A stretch of 64,000 nucleotides of DNA from Carcharhinus amblyrhynchos (GCA_965287045.1 OZ336886.1:19964001-20028000); one strand, 5' to 3'. Shown: positions 25,199 through 37,931, numbered from the stretch's first letter. The notes: generated by a model not told the origin, from the letters alone. Numbers and translations are program-made.

Positions 25199-26699
25199 CT
25201 GTGTGGGCAGTCAGTTTGGATAACCACATGCTTGTGAGTACCTATACAAAAGCCTGCCTGATAGGGAGGCAGGTGAATAGCAGAAGCTATTTGAATTGGG
25301 TTTTAAACCGGCTAATTATATTTAATATAGTGCATTTGAACATGTATTCAAATACTGAGGCCAGTGGGCAGGGCCAGGAGCATCGCAATGCGTTTGTTGC
25401 TCAGCACAAAGCCTGTTTAAAATGAAAAAAGATCAATCAAACTGAAATAGTGTTAAAATATCCTGTAGTTGTCTTTTATTCATGCACAACTGTATAGTAT
25501 TCTTTAATAACTTTATTTGAGCTGACCTGGACCAGCTACAACAAAACAACCAGTGACCATGAAACTTAAAGGCTTTTGGGAACTAAGTGCACTGTTTGAA
25601 TTTAAGCCTGTGGCTTTAACGGCATCAAAATACAGTCCAGGTACCCTGCACTGTCACAAGAATAGGCATTTTCATTTGTCTCAAGCACAATACTTAGCTA
25701 AATATTCTAACACAGGGGATTCTGCAAGTGTTCCATTCTTCCTGGATGAGTTCAATCATCTCTGCCACATCTGCACAGTATTGTATGGGGTCAAGATTCA
25801 CTGGAGTGCAGGAAAACATGTCTGGAGTTTGGACACTACTAGTTTTCAGATAGTCGGATTTGAGGTACTTTGCCCGTACAGCATTGCAGTTTCAGGGTTG
25901 TCCAGTTTCCAACTGCAAAACCTAATTCTGAGTACATTAATTCCATTTCCAGAGAATGTATTGTTTTCATCATGCTAAGCAGTTCTAACCTCACAGTTAG
26001 GCTATGGAACTCAGTCACAAGCAATGTTTAAAATCAACCAGTTAGAATCAAAGCAATGTCAAATTTCAGCTTGTACATTTGGCCTGTCTCATTCGTTAGT
26101 GCTTAATACTGAACCCAAGATGTCAAAATCAGAATATACATAAATACACACAAGAATATTTCCAGCATTTTTGGTTCCTATTTCAGATTTCTAGCATCGC
26201 CAGTATTTTGGTTTTGCAAACATAAATTCAAGTTGATTAAGCTGCAAGCATTATTCTCTGGTGGCAAATTGAAACTTTGAACAGTGTTGGTGAAGACATG
26301 TACAACTTCAAGCTGACAGAGATGTTCTAAATGTCATCTGTCTCCAGTGTTCCTGCAGTGTAAACTGCAACTTTTCAATCCTGACATGTAATCTATGAAT
26401 ACAAATCAGTTTGCAAAGTATCATTCCTTAAATGCAAATCAATTACATTCTGTAAGCTCATATTTTATTAGCATTTTAATTGATTTCTTTTGCAGTTGTT
26501 GAAACACCAATTATCTCTAATAAAGTAACATTTTTGGAATATTTGATAAGTGTTTCTCAATAAGGATAAAGTTACCCAGTCCCACAAAATTGCCCAGGTT
26601 ATCTACCTATCTGAGCCAATGCAACTTTGGAATATGGCTGGGTTAGTATGCTTACAAAAGGACAGATTTCTGTTAGATGGGAACCAAGTGCAAGAGTGT

Positions 26700-27520
26700 G
26701 AGAACACAAGGAAAGGGAGCAGGAGTAGACCATCTAGCCCACTGAGCCTACTCCACCATTCGGCATTGTCATGGCTGATCTGAAGTTTCAACTCTACTTT
26801 TCAGCCTGCTCCCATTATCCCTCAATTTCCTGACAGCAAAAAATCTGTCGATTCCACCTTTAAATCTATTCAACAATGGAGGGTCATCAGCCCTTTGGGG
26901 TAAAAAAATTTGCAAGACTCACAACCCTTTGAATGAAGCACCCATGTTTTAGATGCACTGACCAGTGGAAACGATCCCCTTCAGGATCTTGTGTGTTTCA
27001 ATGAGTTTACCTCTCCTTCTTCAGAGAATATGGCTTCAATTTACTCAGCTTCGCATCATAGGACCCTTTAATCTTAGGACCAATTTTATGAACCTTCATT
27101 GCACTGACATCAATGCAAGTACATCTTTCCTTAAACATGGAGGCCCTTCTGGAAACATTGTGTTCTCACATCTACTATTGTAGTAAGTCTTCCTCATTCT
27201 TTTTCCAATCCCTTGTACTAAAGGCTAATTGTACCTACATGCAAAGTTTCTGGGTTCTTTGCACAAGCACATCCCAAGTCTCTTTGAACATCAACAGTTA
27301 CAAGTTTCACAGCTTCAAGAAATATTCTGCTTTTCTATTCTTATGAAACAAGTGGATAACTTAACACTTTCCTGCATTATACTCCATGTGCAAACTTGTT
27401 GCCCACTAACTTAACCTGTCTATATCGCTTTACAGCCTGTCTCTATCCTTCCCACAGCTTATCTTTCCAATTAGCTTTGTATCATCAGCAAATTCTGGCT
27501 CTTCATCCAAGTCATCAATA
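26700..27520 (-). mobile_element. Decayed CR1 LINE 3' portion
   Basis: Reverse-complement 3' UTR (ggagcaggagtagaccatctagccc) followed by RT-region remnants (agctttgtatcatcagcaaat = FADDTKL). Confidence 0.85.
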
Positions 27521-28569
27521 TAGCAGGGACTAGTGAACACATCTCCAAATAGCCAGAATTTTAAGGGCTTTGTTTACCAAGACCCAGCATCACTGCCTCA
27601 AATGGTGGCCTAATATGAGCAGTGGACTTATACAAGAATTCCGCATAGTGCTCAAACAACATCACCATTAGTTTCCTTCCCCATTTAGATTCCCCACACT
27701 AACCCCAGATAACAAATCATTTTAGTATACTCAGGGTACCAAACATGGCTGCATTTTGCAATGGAAAAATGTAATCCTTCATGTATTATTCACTTGCTTA
27801 TTCATGATCATTAGTTAGTTTTTGAGCAATATCTATAATTACAAACCACCTGAGCTCAATGTGGTAAGGGTTCAATCAGGGAAAGTGAACAGATTAACTG
27901 CTATCAGTAGAAACTTCAAATTGGTGCCTACATCCTTAAACCCAATCCATATCAATTCCACCAGTATAATCTCCTGATGCAATTCGACAGGAGGTTCTCC
28001 AAAACCCTCGGGAAATGGCTTAAGTGATTTCCAACATTAACATTATTTGTCCAAGGGTTCTGCCATTCTTTTCCTGATGTTTTGTCAGGAGATTGTAGTT
28101 AAATGTCTGTTAATCAGTTTCATGTTTGCATTTCATAAATGTTTTTACTCCTCTCATTGTCACTCACCACCCACCACTAACCTAACCCAAATCAATGCTT
28201 TCATTACCTTCACGGTTGACTTCTCAAGTGCTTTTCTCCTCCTTTCCATCCTTCACAAATTCTCCTGAGTCCCGAACTCTGCAACCCTAACCCCTCTTAC
28301 AAACTTGCTCAAGTACTGTGCCTGTCAAGGTTAAGTGAATCTTTGGCATTCTAGTACATCCTCTTCCTCGTTGTCAAAATCTTCCCATTTTGACCCAGCA
28401 ATCTTTTCCAACCTTAAATTCTCGCTCCCATTCTTCATATTGAATTATTATTGGCCACATATCATCAGGCGCAGCTCTTTCTATGCCCTCCTGTTCAAAA
28501 CTTTCCCAAATTGACTGTGCCTTGCTAGTTCAGCCACTTTAAAACATATATCTGCTAAACTTGGCTCAC

Positions 28570-28740
28570 TCCCCTTTTATTTTCCTTTCCAACCCTTGCT
28601 TTTCTAAGTACTCCAAGATGTTTTACATAACAGGCGATACACAGGTAGAAATGCCATTGGTAACGGGTGTTCAATTCAGGTTTCGCCGTTACCAGTATAA
28701 CTGGACTATCATTTTTAGCATTGATTGTGGCACTTTCCAC
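28570..28740 (-). other. Candidate unannotated exon C (VESATINAKNDSPVILVTAK...VGKENKRG)
   Basis: Acceptor tcttttggaaaacag|G, donor GGA|gtgagc, 171 bp, stop-free phase 0 to 0. Confidence 0.2.
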
Positions 28741-28799
28741 CTGTTTTCCAAAAGATGTCAGACCACTTTTGGTAGCTAATCTCAAGAAAGGGGAAAGAA

Positions 28800-29420
28800 C
28801 TTTGTGCCTTTCTTGACCTCAGGCTGTCCAAATGCAGTGCATAACCAATAAAGCACTTTTCAATAAAATGAGAAAATGCTGGAAATATTCAGCAGGTCAG
28901 GCAACAGTTGTGGAGGAAATTGATGTTTTTTCCAGTTACTCTGAAGGGTCATCAACCTGAAATTCTAACTCTGTTTTTCTCTCCAAAGATACTGCCTGAC
29001 AGGCTGAGTGTTTTTAGCAATTTCTGTTTTTATTCCTGATTTACAACATCTGCAGTGTTTGGCTTTTTGTGTTGAAAGTACTTTTGAATTGTCGTCACTT
29101 TAATGATGTGGGGAAACACAGCAGTATTCGCTGTGAGGGCTCACAAGCAATAATGGGATAAAGAATAAGATAATCTGTTCTTGATCATTTTGGTTCAAGG
29201 ACAAATATGTGACCAGGACATTGAGAGAATTTCTTTGTTCTTCTTATCATAGTGCCCCATGAACTTTTATATCCACCTGACAGGATAATCAGAATCTCAG
29301 TTTAATATCGCGTCCAAAATTTAGCACCACTGGCAATGTAGGACTTCCTCAGAACTGCAGTAGGGTGTGCTCAAGTCACTATGTAAACTTCTGACTCGGC
29401 AATGAGTACTACCACTGAGT
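28800..29420 (-). mobile_element. Old Deu-domain SINE (SacSINE1/AmnSINE1-like) split by a fold-back insertion
   Basis: Minus strand resembles the Deu domain (ggtggatataaaagttcatggggcactat...tgtcctggtcacatatttgtccttgaacc). Confidence 0.6.
28861..29074. mobile_element. Fold-back PLE-derived element, same family as 222-452
   Basis: Inverted arms agaaaatgctggaaatattcagcaggtcaggca / tgcctgacaggctgagtgtttttagcaatttct. Flanks aaagcactttt / aaagtactttt form an 11-bp duplication. Confidence 0.7.
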
Positions 29421-29434
29421 AGAACACCGAACAA

Positions 29435-29745
29435 GGCGTAGTGGCACAGTGGTTAGCACTGCTGACTCATAGCACTGGAGACCTAGGTTCAATTCCAGCC
29501 TTGGGTGAGTTTGCAAATTCTTCCTGTGTCTGTGCGGGTTTCCTCCAGATGCTCCTCTTTCCTTTCACAAAGATATGCAGGTTAGGTTAATTGGCCATGC
29601 TAAATTGCCCATGCTAAATTGCCCTTTAGTGCCAGGGAGATTGGCAGGGTAAATACGTGGGGTAACAGGCATAGGGTCTGGATGGGATTGTTGTCGATGC
29701 ACGGTCAATGAGCCAAGTGGCTTCCTTCTGCACTACACTGATTCT
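29435..29745 (+). mobile_element. HE1-type V-SINE
   Basis: Head gtggcacagtggttagcactgctg, V-domain, and an internal ccatgctaaattgc tandem duplication. Confidence 0.9.
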
Positions 29746-29879
29746 AAGCTGTAGTGTCGGTATGGCAGGTCAAAAGACACAGTTTCAGCATCTGTTGGAC
29801 AACTTCTTTCATAAGGGTATGAAGGTTGCAGGACAGGTAGTTAATAAAGCAAACAGTACCCTGGGCTTTATTAATAGGG

Positions 29880-30052
29880 TAAGAAGTCTCACAACACCAG
29901 GTTAAAGTCCAACAGGTTTATTTGGTAGCAAAAGACACTACCTTTTGGAGTGCTGCCCCTTCGTCAGGTGAGTTGGACTTTAACCTGTTGTGAGTCTTCT
30001 TACTCTATTCTTAGCCCAGTGTACTTTATTAATAGGGTAAGAAGTCTCACAA
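29880..30052 (-). mobile_element. PLE terminal-repeat fragment (inverted copy of 30805-30933) plus a partial third copy
   Basis: taagaagtctcacaacaccaggttaaagtccaacaggtttatttggtagc...ccttcgtcaggtgag. Confidence 0.8.
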
Positions 30053-30359
30053 AGTTGTTTTTAAACGTTAGTGAGAACCAAGACTATCACCCACAATCAA
30101 AATTAGTCGGCAAGAGTGGCACATATCGTGCAAGCTTCTATTCCCATGATGCTAGATATAGTAGCAGGCACACTACAGACCATTACATGGAGCAGACATC
30201 ATAACCAATAAATGGCAAACTTCATAACTGAAGTTCCTCATCCCTGGAAACATTCTTGTAAACCTCTTCTACACTCCCTCCAATGTGTTCACATCCTTGC
30301 TAAAGTGTTGCATCTAGAACAATACAATATTGCAGCTGAGATCTAACTGCTATCAGTTA

Positions 30360-30710
30360 GGGAGGCAGAGGCATAGTGGTACTGTTGCTGGACTAGTAAT
30401 CCAGAGAGCTGGGGTAATGCCCTGGGGACCCGAGTTCAAATCCCATTCAGGTAGATGGGGAAATTTGAATTCAATATAAATCTGGAATTAAAAGTCTAAT
30501 GAGGCCCATGAAATCATTGGCGATTTTCATAAAAATCCACTAAGTTCACTAATGTCCTTCAGGGAAGGAAATCTGCTGTCCTTACCTGGTCTGCCAACAT
30601 ATGACTCCAGAGCTACAGTAATGTGGTTGACTCTTAAATGCCCTCAGGAATGGGCAATAACTGCTGGCCCAGCCAGCAATCCCACATCACATATAAAAAT
30701 GAAAAAAAAA
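30360..30710 (+). mobile_element. Second tRNA-derived SINE family
   Basis: ggcatagtggtactg...gagttcaaatccc head, tail gggcaataactgctggcccagcc plus an A-rich end. Confidence 0.85.
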
Positions 30711-30764
30711 TTCTAAGTTCAGCATAACCACTTTGCCCTTGTACTCGACAGCCCTATTATTAAA

Positions 30765-30933
30765 AATGATATGGAGATGCAGGCGTTGGACTGGGGTCAC
30801 CACAGTAAAAAGTCTCTCAACACTAGGTTAAAGTCCAACTCACATGATGAAGGGCAGTCAGCGCTCCGAAAGCTAGCAGCTTTTGCTACCAAATAAACTT
30901 GTTGGACTTTAACCTGGTGTTGTGGGACTTCTT
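30765..30933 (+). mobile_element. PLE terminal-repeat insertion within CR1 with 14-bp TSD
   Basis: Short inverted arm plus atgatgaagggcagtcagcgctccgaaagcta core. Flanked by gccctattattaaa (30751) and gccctattaataaa (30934). Confidence 0.8.
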
Positions 30934-33900
30934 GCCCTATTAATAAAGCCCAGGGTACTGTTTGCTTTATTGACTGCCTGTCCTGCAACCTTCATAATCT
31001 ATGCACATACACACCCAGGTCCCTTGGCTTTTGCACGCCCTTCAGAATTTTATCCTTTATTTTCTACTGTCTCTCCATGTTTCTCCTATTAAAATGCATC
31101 ACCTCACATTTCTCCACATTGAACTTCAACTGCCATCTATTTCCTACTCCACTAACTTGTCTGTGCCCTTTTGAAGTTCTACACTGTCCTCTTCACAGTT
31201 TATCATTCACAAACTTTGTAATTGTCCCCTGCACATTCAAGATCTGGATCATTAATATACATCAGAAAGAGCAATGCCAGCTCCTGGGAACTCCAGCCTG
31301 AAAAATATCCATTAACCATTTCATTCTGTTTTTTTTTACACAGCCAATTTTGTATTCACGTTGCTACTGTCCCTTTTACTCCATGAGTTATTACTTTTAT
31401 CACAAATTTGTTGCATGCTACTGTATTGATTGCCTTTTGAAAGCCCATGTACATCATATCAAATGCTTACTCTCTCAGCCCTCTGTTACCGCTTTAAAAA
31501 ACTCCAGAAAACTAATTAAACACAGTTTTCCCTTTGGAAATCCATGATGGCTCTTCCTATCAACTCATATTTTTTTCATGTGACTACTAATTCTATTCCG
31601 AATAATTGTTTCTGGAATGTTCCCCACCACCAAAGTTAAACTGATTGGTCTGGAATTGCTGAGTCTATTTTTGCAACCTGTTTTGAACAAGGGAATTATG
31701 TTTACAATTCTCCTGTCCTCTGGCTCTGTCCTCCCCACCCTCCTAGAGTCTAGAAAAGACTAGAAGATAATGGCCAGGGCCCCTGCAATTTCTGTTCTCA
31801 CTTCTTTTAATACCCTTGGCTGCATCTCATCAGGTCCCAATATTTTGTCAACTTTTAAGTATCGACAGTTTATCTAAAACTTCCTCCTTCTCAATTTTGA
31901 AATCTTCGAGCGATAGAGTTTCTCCTTTGCCAACATGGCCTCCATGACAGGTGCAAAGTATTCATTTACCTCAATCATGTGCTCTGCCTCCATGCGTAAA
32001 TTCCCTTTTAGGTCCTCAATACCCCCTTTTACCACCCCTTTACTATTTATATGCCTACAGAAGACTTGGGATTCCTCTTTGTGTTCTCATAATGCCTCTT
32101 TGCTTCTCTGATATACTTTTTCACCTCCCCTCTGAACTTCCTGTTCTCAGCCTGGTTCTCAATCACATTTCTTACTTACGCCTGTCATAAATACACTTTT
32201 TCTCCTTTATCTCAATTTCTATCTCATTTTGTCATGCAGGGAGCTCTGAAAATGTTTGTCCGATCTTTCCATTTTGAGGGAACGCACCTTGACAATGCCC
32301 GAACCATTTCCTTTTGGCCCATTGTACAGCTGTAGTTTTCACTAGGAGCCCCTGCCTTCCAATCGAACATACTGGCAAAAAAATTGGAAAGCACTGCCAC
32401 ATGTCTATGGGAATGACAATGGGGGAGAAAACAAGAAAAATAATGGCAAAAGTAGAATACAATTAAAAAGTAGTTTGCTGCACCCATACATTGTGAATTT
32501 GCAAAGTTATAATTTTCTGTGATTAACAGCCACAATGCTTTTTTTAAAAAATTTTGTTAAGAGTATAAAAAGCTTGACGAGTGAAATTCTTGTTTACAAG
32601 CCTTCCTTTCTAATGGTGATCTTGAGTCGCACTTCTTGTACCACAACCAACAGTAAACATTTACAAAGAAAATTTCCGGAGGAGATGTTTCAGCATCATA
32701 GTCTGTTGAAGGTGATTTCAGATTACTCAAAATGCTTCCTGAAAATAATTTTCTCTAACAATTCTTAAATAGTAATAGGAATCAATAATTAGAATGATTT
32801 ATAGTTCTGGATACAAAGCTCGTGTTGCAATGAAATTTGGTTTGCTTTTGTAATTCAACTTATCTGTTACTTTATCCACCAAACAATTTGCCAAATAAGG
32901 GCACTCAACAAAAGAAACAAACAATAAATTTTATATTTCACAATAATATATTCAAACTTGTCTGCCACGTTGATGTCTGTGTGTCTTTCAAATAAAACTT
33001 CAGTGAAAGCATTCCAACAACCTAGGTTCAGGCTGGATATTTTTGCACAGATCAATGAGGCTGTTAACTGAAGGAAGATCCTACAGTCAAAGCACGTGCC
33101 ATTTCCCAGGATTCATCCATCGCATTTAAGCTAGACAAATGATAGAGTGCTTCTCTCACAGCCACTAAGAAAATCTATTTGGCTATTTTTCAAAATTATT
33201 TACAGAAAAAGTAGAAAGGAATTTTCAAAAGTTTTAGTCAGGTAAAGCTTATGTTGAATTTTTTTTTACAACAGAAAAGCTGCATGCGTGTGTTCGCTCA
33301 CATAGTCGAGAGGTAACATTAACGATAAGGAGAACGATCAGAAATTAGATCGTGCCCTGAGTCAGGGCACTGTCTCAATGCCACACAAGCTCAATGTGCA
33401 CTGAGAGGGTGATAGCAGGAGTATGGGAAATTGGTTCCATCGACCTCAATTATCACCATCAAACTGAAGGCTCCGGTAACGCTCCAGAGGCAGCTTGCCA
33501 GTCCTGCAAAGCATCAAGATTGGCTGGCAAGGGTAAGTAGAGTTTGGGGAAGAGGCAACCATCAATGGTGGCCCGGAGTCCCCGAATTTAATGTGGAGTT
33601 AGGAGATGCACCACACCTCTTCCCAGCTCCACAATAAAGAAAACTTTTGAAAAGGACATCTTTCCAGTGACAACCTTTGGTGGTCAGCAGCCAAACACCT
33701 AAAATACTGACTGCAGTTGTTGAAGACATGTAACAAATCACTGCGTAATTACTTTATAAAATTCTAAGAAATGTATTAAATTGCTCTCTCCAAAGCCTCT
33801 TGGGTTGATAAATAAAGGACAACATAGACTGCTATCTCTTCCAAGGACTTGTCTCTAGGGAAGGTGCTGAAACAAAACTGCCCTAAACTTGCGAAGCTGA

Positions 33901-35800
33901 AGATCCAATCACTCAAATGTATGATTAACGATAACAAGATGTCCCTGTCAGTGATAAACCAGAATGTCACATGAATTCAAAGCCATGAGATGGTTTTTGG
34001 ACTTCTGAAGGAAATGGGAGGGATTGCCTTGAACCTCTGTCCAACGGACAACTGAAAAGTTGATTGATAAGAGACCCCAGATATAAGATGGACCAACTGG
34101 TTCACAAGGAGGAAAAACCATGTTGGACAGGATAGAGTTTCCTGATCAATGCTGACTCCAGCCTAACAATTGAGTGCGCTCAATAAGACTGACAGCGGGA
34201 GAAACTGCCACTGCCAGCTATGGAAATCAGCTTTTTGTTTGCCAATCTGAGACCATTGAGCTGTTCCAAGGACACTGTGCCTCAGTAACAGACATCTCGC
34301 ACCAACTCTTGTACAGCCACTATCCCTGTGCGCCCTGGTGATGTATCAATAACTTCTGTTTTCCCTGTCCATTTGATCCTGGACCAGGAACGATTCGCAC
34401 TTGTCTCGGATCATATGTATTTTCTGCCCATTTAGCTTATGTATTCATATTTAACCTGTTGTTTTTGAATATGATTTAAAATAACTATGATTTTACTCCC
34501 TTTTTGGATAATCTGTGACTGCTAGATCAATATCTTACGGGCTGAAGAGGTTGATCAGAGATAATAGGTGTCATTCACTGAAGCAATCAATTGGAGATTT
34601 TCCATTTCTCAATTTGCTTTTGATGGTGCTAATTAAATATATCCTTTGGACAGCAAAATTATCTGTGATGATTTCTTGTTAGAAGTATTGTAGTGTAATA
34701 ATATCACTAATACTAATTAATCCAGTTAAGATTTCTCATGCTTATTAAACTATACAGAATTCTAAGCCTTCAACAATATGCTCCATAAAGAAAAATACCA
34801 ATTTGGGCAGATCAGAAATGCCAGGTTTGATAACCCTTCTATGCAGAGTTTATCCTCCCCCATCCCACTCCACCACATATTAACAATGGTGCCAACACTT
34901 ATTCTCGGGACCCAAACATAAGGAATGACCATTTGAGCGAAGTACCAGGGGTTTGCAGCATTCATAGAACTATATCCCAGCATGAGTCAGTGTCTTCAAA
35001 GCAGGGAAGAGAACTAGAGAGAAGCACTATAGAATTTCAAAGCGCGTAGACCCAACTATTGAAACCACGGAACATGTTGAATCAGGAATGTAACACCTTG
35101 GGGTCAATGACTATCAAGGTGGACTTCTTGGTTGTTTCTCCCCCTTAGATAGTCCCTCAGGATTAGAAAAGATTTGCTTCCATTCTGGTTCAGTACATTC
35201 TCAAAATACTAATGAGTCCATTGCATGGCCTACAGGCTCTACCACACGTGGGCCAGATGACATTTATGAATTGAGTAGATGGGGAGCTGTGCACTCATTC
35301 CACTGCCTGTTCTTAGTATTAGAAACAGACACTCAATTCTTTTTCAACTGAGTAGTCAGAGGATGAAGGCAGATGCTGCAGAAACAGCCAATAAATAAGA
35401 CACAGACTGATGCACAGCAATGTTGGACAGAGCCACTAAATAAAAATGCAAAATGTTACCTTTACATTAGTGTGTGAACGATATGTCCTCAAGCATCTGC
35501 TCCCACACCTTGGATCTCTTTCCTCCATGCAATGTCTCTCTACCTTCCCAAACATTCTTAAAATCTACAACCTCAGTCATATCTTTAGCCACCTTCCCTA
35601 ATAAGTAAGGGTCACTTTGGCTCCAAGTCAATAAGGTTATGAGTTCACTCCCATCATTGTTACAGGCATGTAAAGTAAGCTGCCACCTAAATACTGAAGA
35701 AGTGACATATTGTTAAGGGAATCTGTGTAAGTGATCCTACATAACCCTTTGAAGGTTGGACAGCTGAAAAGAATCTGATTTGACTGTGAAGAGCACTGGG

Positions 35801-35962
35801 TCATAGAATATTTACAATGCAGGAGGTGGCCATTTGGCCCATTGAGTCTGTACTGACCACAATCCCACCCAGGCTATTCCCGTAACCCACACATTTACCC
35901 TACTAAACCACCCCCCCGCCGACACTACAGTCAATTTAGCATGGCCAATCAACCCAACCTGG
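35801..35962 (-). mobile_element. V-SINE 3' fragment
   Basis: ggccatttggcccattgagtctgtactgaccacaatcccaccc...caatttagcatggccaatc. Confidence 0.8.
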
Positions 35963-37299
35963 GTGGCATTAAGGTACGAAGAATGCACATTTTATTTCAC
36001 CTTCTTTTAACTTCTGCCTGGTTCTGATGTCAAGGTTAAACCATATCTCGTGATGTTTTGTTGCAGACCGGCATTATAGAAGCCAAAGTTGCAAAAGGAG
36101 TACTTCAGATACAGTGTTGTGATGCTGAACGGGTTTATAGCATAACTCATTGATCTCTTGATGGTTTTCCTCATAGGGGATCAGAACCTGTGTGTTGTCA
36201 GTCTTCCAAGACATTAAAAAAGGTCAGTACACCTCATTGTCTATTGACTATCAATAAATGTCTCAAGAAGTGACTATAAAGTGGCTGACACAGAATTAGA
36301 TAGAAGGGTAAATAGGCTTCAAATAAATTTTACAGTGGTTATACACAGAGGAGGCCTCAATGGTACAATTACAACTGCGCAATTATTATAATGTAAACCA
36401 TTACTAATTAGTCACTCAGATGAATAGGAGGTGGTGAAAAGAAAATCTTCTGCAGCAGCCAGCATGGCTTCTCTGGAACTAAGCTTTCAGCAAGCTCTCC
36501 ATGGTCCTGAAACGCCTAGAAAATCCTTCCCCAGAATCTGGCTCCCTGAGTGAAAGGAGATCAGGGGTGTAAAAGAGGCAGGCCACAGTGACTTGAAAAG
36601 CCATGCATAGGCCTTAGCCATCTAAACAAATAGTGACAGAACGTATTCTGTACAAAGAAATACCTATGTAGTTGATTCATATTCATTCTGTTTTTTAACT
36701 TATTTTGATAAGAATATTGCAAGAGAAGGTCTTACTGTGGCCATATCTTCAAGCACTTTCATAATTTAAAAAATGCAGGTTACTGTATAAAAAAATATTT
36801 CATTGCTTGGATTAGTAATTGTTTTAAGCATTGCTGGTAGGCCAGCACCTTTGTATCATATTTTATCATTTGCCTCATGGAAACCAACCCATCATATCAC
36901 AAAATAATTCTTAAAGAATATAGATTTTTTTTAACGACAGTTCATGATTAATTACGATGTCTTTAATAGGGGAATGAATTGGTAAAATATTCATTTGCAA
37001 GCCTGCTTTGCTAACCTAGCAAACCACTGAAGGGCGATTAGGAATGGGCAATAAATGCTAGCCCAGCAATGATGCCCACATCCTGTTAAAGAATTAAAAA
37101 TTTTTTAAAAGCTGTGGTCACTATGCTATTCTTTGGCTACATGCCTCCAAATTTAAAACTTCATCACATTTCTTAAAGTTCATTTCTTAAAGCTAGTCTA
37201 CGCTGTTGAAAACTAGCCAACACCTCTTAAAAAGGAGATGCATTGTGGCCGGAGCAGGAACAGGAAGTGAATCTAACTTGGGAAACATTGAAGAATGCA

Positions 37300-37931
37300 C
37301 AACATGGGAGAGTGCAGGCTCCAAAGTTTTCAGACGTTGCACTGGAGAGCTTGATGGGGACGATAACAAGGAAAACTGATGTCCTGTATTGGCAGTAGGA
37401 CTGGGGACCATCCAGACACATGTTCAGAAAGCAGTGGAAGCAGATAACTATGATAACTGTCAATACCAGGAGGACCTGATGCAACAAGTTTAATGATTTC
37501 ACACGAACAAACAAGATCTGTGAATTCGTCTTAAAATATCATTTTCTACCAATCGCAGCACTAGCCTCCACCACTTCTCAATTCACCAGATCCCATCAAA
37601 GCCCAGCAATCAGGACTCGTATTCATATAATATATTCGTGGCCCCGTCAAACCCACAGATACTTAACATTGCGGCACACCTCCCTCTTGTCGCTTATTAC
37701 AGTTTGTACATACTACCAGCTGTTCAACTATAACAGCCATGTCACCCAAACATATTGCATAATGTTCACTTTCCTCTCTATCACAGAACAAGGTGGCACT
37801 CAATCAGAGGCAGCAGGAACTAACAGGAGGGGGACAGATTTGTCTCTATGTCGCAGAGGAGACAATGCTCAAGATTCTTGGAATGGCCAATGCTGAAGCC
37901 ACGGGCTGCAGTTGGACTGAAACCACTGAAG
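37300..37931 (+). pseudogene. Decayed two-exon Harbinger Myb/SANT-like (NAIF1/MSANTD-like) gene
   Basis: RVQAPKFSDVALESLMGTITRKTDVLYWQ*...KQWKQI...RT*CNKFNDFTR, then an exon at 37787-37931 (tcacag|...|gtaat) reading NKVALNQRQQELTGGGQICLYVAEETMLKILG. Contains in-frame stops. Confidence 0.75.

Larger units (their letters stand above)
30200..32310 (-). mobile_element. Long decayed CR1 LINE, interrupted by a SINE and a PLE
   Basis: Minus-strand RT remnants such as NSRPISLTLVVG (caccaccaaagttaaactgattggtctggaattgct) and GPDEMQPRVLKE. Confidence 0.85.
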
